64,000 nt of DNA from Promethearchaeota archaeon (lineage in GTDB: Archaea > Asgardarchaeota > Lokiarchaeia > Sigyniarchaeales > SOKP01), in NCBI GenBank assembly GCA_048941285.1, contig JBHLNS010000013.1, forward strand, positions 1 to 64,000, read 5' to 3'. Positions 29,627 to 37,717 of this stretch are shown here, in pieces. Below the pieces are notes generated by a model. The model was not told where the DNA came from. It ran no database searches and was given only the letters and a program-made list of their open reading frames with translations. Within the stretch, counting starts at the first letter, position 1. Each line of letters opens with the position of its first letter. Position numbers and translations under genes: made by a program.

Positions 29627-31009
29627 TTGAAAGTGAGAATTTTGGGTGAAAATGAAAAACGTTTATCTAAGGAAGAAATTGAACATCAAAAGAAACTTGT
29701 TGATGATCTTTTAAAGAAAGGAAAGAAAGAAAGAGAAGCTTATCTAAAAAAAACTGAAGAAGAGAGAAAAAAATCTTTCGAAAAAGGAAAAGAACAGATT
29801 TCGGGGTCTATTGATGAAAAAGCCTTTATGATTGAAAAACGAAGGGAAATCGATAAACAGCGTAAATCAATGCACGCAGATATCGATGGTACTGGAGAAA
29901 AAATTGAGAAATCTGTCAGTGAAAAAGCATTTCGAATAGAAAAAAGAAGGGAACTAGATGAGCAACGCATGGGAATTCATGCAGATATTGATGGAACTGG
30001 AGCAAAGATACAAAAAATTGTTAGTGAAAAAGCATTTCGTGTTGATAAGCAACGAGAATTAGACGATTACCGCAAATCTATACATGCAGATATCGATCAG
30101 ACTGGAGCAAAAATTGAGAAGTCAATAGGCGAGAAAGCTTTTATGATGGAAAAAAAGAAAGAGTTGGATGAAACTCGAAAAGAAATTCATGCTGATATAG
30201 GTGGAACAGGTGCAAAGATAGAAAAAGCTATTAGTGAAAAGGCATTTCGAATAGAAAAGCAACGGGAATTAGACGAACAACTTAAAGCAATTCATGCAGA
30301 TATTGATAGAACTGGAGAACAAATAGAAAAACTAATTGGCGAGAAAGCATTTTTAATAGAAAAAAGAAGGGAACTAGATGAGCAACGAAAAGAGATTCAT
30401 GCAGATATTGATGGAACTGGAGAACAAATAGAAAAACTAATTAGCGAGAAAGCTTTTATGATAGAAAAAAAAAGGGAACTAGATGAGCAACGAAAAGAGA
30501 TTCATGCAGATATTGAAGGAACTGGAGGACAAATAGAAAAATCAATTGGCGAGAAAGCCTTTATGATAGAAAAAAGAAGGGAACTAGATGAAAAACGAAA
30601 AGACATTCATGCTGATATTGATGGAACTGGAGAACAAATAGAAAAATCAATTGGCGAGAAAGCTTTTATGATAGAAAAAAGAAGGGAACTAGATGAAAAA
30701 CGAAAAGACATTCATCCAGATCTAGAAAGTGCTGCGGAACGAATTGAAAAATCGATAGGCGAGAAAGCTTTTAGGATTGAAAAACAACGAGAATTAGACG
30801 AACAACGAAAAGACATTCATCCAGATCTAGAAAGTGCTAGCAAACAAATCCTTACCACTATTGAAAGACATGCAGAAAAAATAGAAGAAAAAAAAGATAT
30901 TGACGATAAACGAATTGAAATAAAAACTGATGCAAATCACATTGTTAAAAAATTTGAAAATGAAGTTGATAAATTTAAAAAAGATAATAATAATGAAAAT
31001 TCTGCTTAA
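29627..31009 (+). CDS. Tandem-repeat protein (10 x 35 aa)
   Basis: Consensus EKAFMIEKRRELDEQRKEIHADIDGTGEQIEKSIG. Confidence 0.85.
   Translation: MKVRILGENEKRLSKEEIEHQKKLVDDLLKKGKKEREAYLKKTEEERKKSFEKGKEQISGSIDEKAFMIEKRREIDKQRKSMHADIDGTGEKIEKSVSEKAFRIEKRRELDEQRMGIHADIDGTGAKIQKIVSEKAFRVDKQRELDDYRKSIHADIDQTGAKIEKSIGEKAFMMEKKKELDETRKEIHADIGGTGAKIEKAISEKAFRIEKQRELDEQLKAIHADIDRTGEQIEKLIGEKAFLIEKRRELDEQRKEIHADIDGTGEQIEKLISEKAFMIEKKRELDEQRKEIHADIEGTGGQIEKSIGEKAFMIEKRRELDEKRKDIHADIDGTGEQIEKSIGEKAFMIEKRRELDEKRKDIHPDLESAAERIEKSIGEKAFRIEKQRELDEQRKDIHPDLESASKQILTTIERHAEKIEEKKDIDDKRIEIKTDANHIVKKFENEVDKFKKDNNNENSA
29816..30865 (+). repeat. Intragenic 105-bp tandem repeat, 10 copies
   Basis: Units start at 29816, 29921 and so on; copies 6-8 are highly similar at the DNA level. 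Confidence 0.9.
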
Positions 31010-31013
31010 AAAA

Positions 31014-31523
31014 TTAAATATGAATATTAAATTTGAATAATGAGTCCAAATTCATACTTTTTAACCTTTTTTTATAATCTAATATTGCGGGATATACTTC
31101 ACCATTAAAATTATTAATTTGATGCTTAAATCTGATATAAAAGTCTTCAACAATTTCTCTTAGAATTCCTCTTTCTACCTGTAAATTTGTTTTCTTAGTA
31201 ATTGCTATTGCTAAAAGTCTTCCTTCTCTCTCATACAGAATTCTTGTGCCTTTGAAGTTAATTTCTTGGAGCTCTTCATTGGCTCCTTCATTAACTTCGT
31301 TAATGAATAAATTTATAGCATTCAAAAAGCTACAAATTAAGTCATCCTTTAAAAAGTTCAAATTATCAGTATATCGGTTGCTTACAAGTAAAGCACCAGT
31401 CTCATAATCTATAAAATACAACGCATGGAACCTGCATTCTTGAGAAGTATACTTTTCAAGCTTAAATCCAAAGGAATTGTTATTTTTATCAAAATTATTT
31501 TGGAAATCCATTATTAAAGCCAC
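31014..31523 (-). CDS. Longin-like domain protein
   Basis: LYFID..TGALLVS...DLICSFLNAINLF..EV...LQEINF..TRILY pattern typical of Asgard longin-like proteins. Confidence 0.6.
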   Translation of the reverse strand: MALIMDFQNNFDKNNNSFGFKLEKYTSQECRFHALYFIDYETGALLVSNRYTDNLNFLKDDLICSFLNAINLFINEVNEGANEELQEINFKGTRILYEREGRLLAIAITKKTNLQVERGILREIVEDFYIRFKHQINNFNGEVYPAILDYKKRLKSMNLDSLFKFNIHI

Positions 31524-31748
31524 AATTAATTCTTATTTATTAAGGATAATAAATAATGAAAATAGCGTTTTGATATAAAATACAAATATTATCTTAGTAA
31601 TACCAGAATTCTTAGTAAAGAAGATTCATAAGCTTTTAATTAAAGAAAAACATAACAAAACCAACCTATATAAAACGTGTAAAAAAATAAATATAAAAAA
31701 ACTTTATATATGCTTACGCAAATATAAGTTTTAATTATCTTTCGGTTT

Positions 31749-32216
31749 TTGATTATAATGGAAACGGACAATAGCACTCAAAAAAATAGAATTTCCATAG
31801 GTCTTATTATAAACAATGAAGAACTTAGTAAAAATCCTATTTTTCCTTCTGAAATAAAAGAAGAAATATTAGAATCGCCCTATTATTTACTAATTTTCAT
31901 TTCTCGTGAAGATGTTGTTAAAATTAGCTGTTTTCCCACAAAAAATAAAAATATTAAAAAAATCCTTGTAAAACTTAAGGAATTTTCTCCAGACCTTGTC
32001 AAAGGCATTTCTAATGTATTGAATGAATTAAATTTAAGCAAAGAAATATTACATACAACGGGATTATGCTATGAAATGGAAAAATGTTTTTATGAAACGT
32101 ATCTAATTGGTGATATGATTGATGCAGGGAAATTAACAGTTGATACTATTCAGCAAAAATTTATGTCTGTTGCTAACGTTCTTAATGTAATGATTGAGAA
32201 TATTCCGGCACTTTAG
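31749..32216 (+). CDS. Hypothetical protein with ACT-like C-terminal domain
   Basis: beta-alpha-beta-beta-alpha-beta pattern (VKLKEFSPDLVKGISNVL...ILHTTGLC). Confidence 0.55.
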   Translation: MIIMETDNSTQKNRISIGLIINNEELSKNPIFPSEIKEEILESPYYLLIFISREDVVKISCFPTKNKNIKKILVKLKEFSPDLVKGISNVLNELNLSKEILHTTGLCYEMEKCFYETYLIGDMIDAGKLTVDTIQQKFMSVANVLNVMIENIPAL

Positions 32217-32314
32217 TAGAATAGCATAAATTCTATGGTAATTAATAATTTTTTTTAATATCTTAATAAGACTTAATTAATTCTGTTTAAGGGACAATTA
32301 TTAAATGAGATTTA

Positions 32315-32521
32315 ATGAGTGATAAAAAAACACCTCCTCCTCCGATATTGCCCCCTCCAGTTAGTTTAAGCGAGAAATTCTGTCTTTTTCATAAAGGGCA
32401 TATCAAGGGAGAAATTTACATATGTCCCTCCTGTAAAACAAAATATTGTCTAGAATGCGCTGAAAAAGCAAAAAAAGAAGGAACACTCTGTATAAAATGC
32501 AAGTATTTAGTATTGATGTAA
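32315..32521 (+). CDS. Small RING/PHD-like zinc-finger protein with polyproline N-terminus
   Basis: PPPPILPPP followed by CxxH...CxxC-x4-CxxC...CxxC (8 potential ligands). Confidence 0.7.
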   Translation: MSDKKTPPPPILPPPVSLSEKFCLFHKGHIKGEIYICPSCKTKYCLECAEKAKKEGTLCIKCKYLVLM

Positions 32522-32557
32522 TTAAATTCCTAAATTTTATTTTTCAATCTTATTTTT

Positions 32558-32944
32558 CTACTTTTTCAGTTGTTTAATTGAAGATAGAGATCTCCAAGCT
32601 TTCCAAAAAATTAACCACAATATAATAAAAATAAATAAGGATGTCGCAAATGTGTATCCCCCTATAAATATATCCCCTATAAACAAGAAGGGAATTCCAG
32701 CAATCGCAAACCCAAACAAATATCCATACCCCCAATATCGATTTTTTAAACCAATAATAACGGTAGGTAATATAGTTGTAAAAATGATTGTTAAATATGA
32801 CCAAATCTCCATAGACTCTAAAATTATCAACATATTTATCCAAGATACAATGAACCCAACAATTATCCACATTATTGTCACAACATCAATCTTAAATTCT
32901 GGTTCAGGCCTTCCTACAGATTGATCTCCACTTCTACTTGACAT
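32558..32944 (-). CDS. Small 4-TM membrane protein
   Basis: Four hydrophobic segments and a basic C-terminus. Confidence 0.7.
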   Translation of the reverse strand: MSSRSGDQSVGRPEPEFKIDVVTIMWIIVGFIVSWINMLIILESMEIWSYLTIIFTTILPTVIIGLKNRYWGYGYLFGFAIAGIPFLFIGDIFIGGYTFATSLFIFIILWLIFWKAWRSLSSIKQLKK

Positions 32945-33202
32945 AATTATGTAAAATTATTGTTTCCGCTACCAATATTAATTCTTTTTTTTAATTTTAA
33001 TTCAATTTTAACTTAAAATTAATCTACAAACTATAATGATTTAATTTATAAACTCTTAATGATATATTAAATTTAGGATAAAAATTTAAATTCAATCTAT
33101 CAATAAAAAAACACAATTTAATTGAATTCTAAAACAATTTTAAATTTAAACAAAACAGAATAGGAAAAAAAATAATATAAGATTAACAAAAATCAAAAAA
33201 AA

Positions 33203-33322
33203 TGACTCCTGCCTACACCCTGGATTTTTGTCTTTTGGTAGTGTAAATTCTTACACTCTGATTTCGCCCTCCTCCCCCTATTTTGTTTTGACGCGTACTT
33301 GCGTCTCGTAGGGCAGGAGTCA
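33203..33322. ncRNA. Candidate structured non-coding RNA or regulatory element
   Basis: GC-rich island in an AT-rich intergenic region; 14-bp terminal stem (one bulge), two internal hairpins, and an oligo-T run 3' of the stem on the minus strand. Confidence 0.55.
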
Positions 33323-33698
33323 CCCTTAATAGTTTCTAATCTCATATTTGACATCAAGCTACTAATCTTTTGAAAGTTATAAAATTTTAAATAATAATTA
33401 GCTGTGAGAAAAAACAGAATATTTAGAAATATTTCAAGGCTTTACAAAAAAAATGAAAGAAAACTTCCCAAATCTAGTTCAAATCTGAAATTTAAAGCTA
33501 TCGATTATAATTTCAATTTAAGAAGATTAAAATATAACACAAAATTTTCAATTTTATTAAGATTTTTAATCTTTTTTAATAATATCGTTAATACTATAGA
33601 TATTATTAAAAGATTTAAATGATTTAAATGTTTAATTAATAGAATAACTATTTATTAAAATACTATTTTAACCAAATTATAACAGAGTATAGATTCAT

Positions 33699-35432
33699 AT
33701 GACAGAGTTAGAAACTCAATCTGCTCAAAAAGGTAACATCGAAATTATTCGAACCACCACTAGCATATGCCCAGAATGTATGCACCATCTTCCTGCTGAA
33801 ATTTATGTAGATCCCGAAACAAATTGGGTGATGATGCGAAAAACCTGTAAAGATCATGGAGAATTCAAAGATAAATTGTCTATTAATCCAGAGGATTATA
33901 AATGGCAACAAACCTTTACCAATGAGATTGGATCTACCATAAATAACTCTACAAAACCTGAATACGTATCCTCAGGAATTAAAGAATGCAGCCCTAAGGG
34001 ATGCCCGTTTGATTGTGGTCTTTGTGAAAATCATCAAAGTGCTCCGAACATCTGCTTAATCGATATTACTAATAGGTGCAATTTAGCATGTCCAATATGC
34101 TTTGCGAATGCCAGTGCAGCAGGTTACGTTGTTGAGCCAACCTTTGAAGAACTCGTTAGAATTATGGAACATTTTAGATCGATGGAACCTATTCCGGCTG
34201 TTTTATTACAACTTTCTGGAGGAGAGCCTACTGTTAGAGATGATCTGCCTGAAATAATCCGAAAAGGTAAAGAATTAGGCTTCACTGAAGTGATGGTTAC
34301 TACTAATGGGGTAAGATTTGGTAAATCACCAGAATTTATGCAAAAATGCATGGATGCTGGGATGGACGCGATTTATCTGCAATTTGATGCTACTAATAAC
34401 CCCGAAATATGGAAGAAGATTAGAGGAGTAAATTTATGGCCTCTTAAACAGCGAGTTATTGAAAATGCCCGTAAAATTGGATTTTATGGTATTATGTTAG
34501 TCCCAGTTATAGCAAAGGGAGTAAATGATCATGAAATCGGGAAGATTCTGGATTATGCTCGAGATAATTGTGATGTGGTATCAGGTATAATCTTCCAACC
34601 AGTTTCTTTAACTGGACGTATCAGTTTTGAAGAATTAATGGATATTAGATACACTACTTCTGATTTAAAGGAAGCTATCAATGCTCATACAGGTGGGGCT
34701 GTGACTAAATTCTATCCGATAGCAACAACAGCAAAAATGACGAAATTACTGGCTTGGTTTGATGATATGCCTCCATTTAGCATGACAAGCCATCAAGACT
34801 GTGGTTTTTGTACTATTTGCGTTGTAAACGAGAAAGGAGGATGGGATCCTATTGAAAAATATTTTGATGCTGAAGGTTTAATTCGTTGGTCAAATAAAGT
34901 TTGGGATATGGTTGAAAAACAGGAGGTTCCAAAACCTACTGGGTTGTTAAAAGGGGTTGATTTAAATGATTTTGGTCAGATAATCTCCAAAATCGGAAAT
35001 TTCGTAGATGACATGACCAGCTTAGGATATCGCCAAGCTATAAAAGCTTACTATTTCGCAGGAGCAGCACGTTATATTAAACATCCAGAAAAAATCCTTA
35101 CAAATAAAACTTATCAAGCCTTTGCTCGCTTGGTAATGGCCCCAAACCTGAAATCGGCAGGGGACTTTCTCCATAATCGCAATCTTATGATCAGTAGCAT
35201 GCATTTCCAGGATAGTTATAACTTCGACCTTAACCGAGTATGTAACTGCCTTGTTCACTACGGAGTCATCGATCCAGAGGATTCTACAAAAGTCCGGGAG
35301 ATTCCTTTCTGTAGTATGAACACATATCATAGACCAATTATTGAGCGACAACTTGCGATTGCAGGAAAAACAGCAAAGAAACCAGAAGTTATCCAAGCAG
35401 AAATCGAAGAACTGTTAAAAACAGTTGAATAG
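33699..35432 (+). CDS. tes: Tetraether lipid synthase (Tes/GDGT-MAS, MJ0619-family radical SAM)
   Basis: N-terminal SICPEC...KTCKDHGEF, CPFDCGLC..H, ITNRCNLACPICFANA, GGEPT, C-terminal MHFQDSYNFDL.RV..CLVHY...IPFC. Confidence 0.88.
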   Translation: MTELETQSAQKGNIEIIRTTTSICPECMHHLPAEIYVDPETNWVMMRKTCKDHGEFKDKLSINPEDYKWQQTFTNEIGSTINNSTKPEYVSSGIKECSPKGCPFDCGLCENHQSAPNICLIDITNRCNLACPICFANASAAGYVVEPTFEELVRIMEHFRSMEPIPAVLLQLSGGEPTVRDDLPEIIRKGKELGFTEVMVTTNGVRFGKSPEFMQKCMDAGMDAIYLQFDATNNPEIWKKIRGVNLWPLKQRVIENARKIGFYGIMLVPVIAKGVNDHEIGKILDYARDNCDVVSGIIFQPVSLTGRISFEELMDIRYTTSDLKEAINAHTGGAVTKFYPIATTAKMTKLLAWFDDMPPFSMTSHQDCGFCTICVVNEKGGWDPIEKYFDAEGLIRWSNKVWDMVEKQEVPKPTGLLKGVDLNDFGQIISKIGNFVDDMTSLGYRQAIKAYYFAGAARYIKHPEKILTNKTYQAFARLVMAPNLKSAGDFLHNRNLMISSMHFQDSYNFDLNRVCNCLVHYGVIDPEDSTKVREIPFCSMNTYHRPIIERQLAIAGKTAKKPEVIQAEIEELLKTVE

Positions 35433-35689
35433 CTTTTTCAATTTATGTATTTTTTTTTATAATATTTCTATTTCTACTTTTTCAAGACACTTCTTTTTTA
35501 TTCAATTTCCAATTTAGAAGCCTTCCATTAATTGAATCTGATTTTTTAGTGGATGTGAATAGGTGAAAAATAATATCTAATTTTAATGTACTCTGAATAT
35601 TGAATTATAAGGGGATATTTAAAAATCCTACAAATTTATATAAGATCGCATATCATATACATTTGTAAAATTCAAACCAAGGTGATCAT

Positions 35690-36124
35690 TTGCCAAAGAT
35701 TGAAAGAAAGATAAATATAGAATCTACTCCAGATAAAATCTTTAAAATTATATCAGATGGTTTTAATACTCCAAAATGGAATCCTGCTGTAGAATCTGTT
35801 TTAGAGATTGAAGATAATAAAATCCAGTTAGATACTGATATTGGAGGTATTATCGTTATTAGGACTGAAAAAGAGGAGGATAAAAATATTACATGGTATA
35901 CAGAAAACAGCGAGATGAATTCAATTGGTTATAATATAATTCCTAAGAGTGAAAAAACATCAAAAGTAAATATTTGGACAGAATTTGATGATAAGAAACA
36001 ATCAAAATTATTCAAGGAGACTGCGGATAATATTTTATTAGGATTAAAGAATTATGTTGAATATATCGAAAATGGAGGAGACCCTGATATTTATAAAAAA
36101 TGGGAGGCTTTAATTTCTCCATAA
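35690..36124 (+). CDS. SRPBCC/START-superfamily protein
   Basis: IERKINIES.PDKIFKII.D...PKWNP N-terminus and C-terminal helix; GGTGA SD before the TTG. Confidence 0.8.
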   Translation: MPKIERKINIESTPDKIFKIISDGFNTPKWNPAVESVLEIEDNKIQLDTDIGGIIVIRTEKEEDKNITWYTENSEMNSIGYNIIPKSEKTSKVNIWTEFDDKKQSKLFKETADNILLGLKNYVEYIENGGDPDIYKKWEALISP

Positions 36125-36215
36125 AAATTTCTTTTTTTTTTGTGAACCTTGAGATTATCAATTTAAGTAAAAAACTCTAGGATTTGAAGGTAATTATTTT
36201 AAAATTCTTAAAAAT

Positions 36216-37640
36216 TTAAATTAATTTCCAATTAGGCCCATCCGGAGTGTCTTCAAGCTGAATTCCCGCTCTTCTCAATTTTTCTCTAATTTCATCACTT
36301 AGTTTATAATTTTTTGCTTTCCTGGCTTTATCACGGATATCTATTATAATAGCCATTAATTCACTTAATGTTACATCAGTAGCTGCTTCTCGTTTATTGA
36401 AATCAAGCCCAAAAACAGTTAAAAGCTCAAGCAGCGTTTTTTTTGCCGAATTAAGAATTTCGGATTTGTTGTCTAAAGAGCTATTAATTTTTTTTATAAA
36501 CTCGTAGATTGTAGCAAGAGCTTTAGGATTATTGAAATCATCATCCATTGCGGAGTTAAAGTCTTTTTTTACATTTTCTATTGCTTCTATAAGATTATCT
36601 TCAACTCCACCAGATGAATTAGCTATTGCATTTAAACAATTTTTTATTTTTTCAATATTATTTTTTGCATTCTCAATAACTTGGGGATTCCAATCCACTG
36701 CAGATCTATAATGTCCAGACACAAGCCCCATTCTTACAATAAGTCCTCCATATTCATCAATTAACTCGCGGGCAGTAACATAGTTTCCAAGGCTTTTACT
36801 CATTTTTTTGCCATTTAAAGTAATAAATTCCGCATGCATCCAATAATTTACAAATTTTTTTCCTGTAGCGGCTTCAGATTGGGCAATTTCATTAGGATGA
36901 TGAGTAGGAATATGATCAATACCGCCACCATGAATATCCAGTGTTTCTCCTAAATATTTCATACCCATGACGGAACATTCAAGATGCCATCCAGGATAAC
37001 CCTCCCCCCAAGGAGAATTCCATCGCATAATATGGATTTGATCTCCTTTTTGGGCATTTAACCATAATGCGAAATCAAAATAATTCTTTTTTAATGGATC
37101 TTGAGCCACACGGGCTTGTGCTTTTTCTTCATCAAGCTTTAATCTTGCGAGTTTCCCATAATCTTCGAATTTCGTAGTATCATAATATACATTACCTTCT
37201 ACTTCATAAGCATAACCTTTTTTTAGCAAAATTTTGATAATTTCAATCATATCGGGGATAACAGCCGTTGCTCTAGGAGATATATTAGGTCTTTGAATGT
37301 TTAAATCATCAATTACTTGCCAATATTCTTTAATTTGTTTATCGACTAGTTCCCAAGGATTTATTTTTTTTTCTCGTGCTCTTTTTTCAATTTTATCTTC
37401 TCCTTGATCTTCATCATCAGTTAAATGACCTACATCAGTGAAGTTTTGAACATGGAATACGTTATAACCTTTGTATCTTAAGTATCTAATAACCACATCC
37501 CATGAACTATATGTCCTGGCATTTCCGATATGCACATCATCATATACAGTTTGCCCACATGTATAGATTCGAACTCGACCTTCCTCTATTGGTTTAAAAA
37601 CCTCCTTTTGTCGAGTCATGGTGTTATAGATTTTAAGCAT
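36216..37640 (-). CDS. cysS: Cysteinyl-tRNA synthetase
   Basis: YTCG.TVY, HIGN, GYPGWHLECS, KMSKS. Confidence 0.97.
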   Translation of the reverse strand: MLKIYNTMTRQKEVFKPIEEGRVRIYTCGQTVYDDVHIGNARTYSSWDVVIRYLRYKGYNVFHVQNFTDVGHLTDDEDQGEDKIEKRAREKKINPWELVDKQIKEYWQVIDDLNIQRPNISPRATAVIPDMIEIIKILLKKGYAYEVEGNVYYDTTKFEDYGKLARLKLDEEKAQARVAQDPLKKNYFDFALWLNAQKGDQIHIMRWNSPWGEGYPGWHLECSVMGMKYLGETLDIHGGGIDHIPTHHPNEIAQSEAATGKKFVNYWMHAEFITLNGKKMSKSLGNYVTARELIDEYGGLIVRMGLVSGHYRSAVDWNPQVIENAKNNIEKIKNCLNAIANSSGGVEDNLIEAIENVKKDFNSAMDDDFNNPKALATIYEFIKKINSSLDNKSEILNSAKKTLLELLTVFGLDFNKREAATDVTLSELMAIIIDIRDKARKAKNYKLSDEIREKLRRAGIQLEDTPDGPNWKLI

Positions 37641-37717
37641 AAAATAATAAAGAATAGGGAAAAATAAGAATTTTACGGAAGATTTTAAGATCTATCTTCC
37701 TCGTTTTCAATTTTAGG

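Noticed and set aside
29816-30865. Possible CRISPR array
   Set aside because: In-frame 105-bp coding repeats without unique spacers, and no cas genes.
33203-33322. Interpretation as a SECIS element or a MITE
   Set aside because: The AUGA is fully Watson-Crick paired (no GA quartet) and no adjacent in-frame UGA selenoprotein was seen. The TG...CA ends lack a target-site duplication and there is no second copy in the window.
33404-33622. 72-aa ORF upstream of tes
   Set aside because: Extremely AT-rich, K/N/I/F-biased and motif-free; most likely promoter DNA.
37641-37717. Search for a Cys-rich leader upstream of cysS
   Set aside because: The gap is only 77 bp with a small GGAAGA/TCTTCC hairpin and no Cys-rich uORF.
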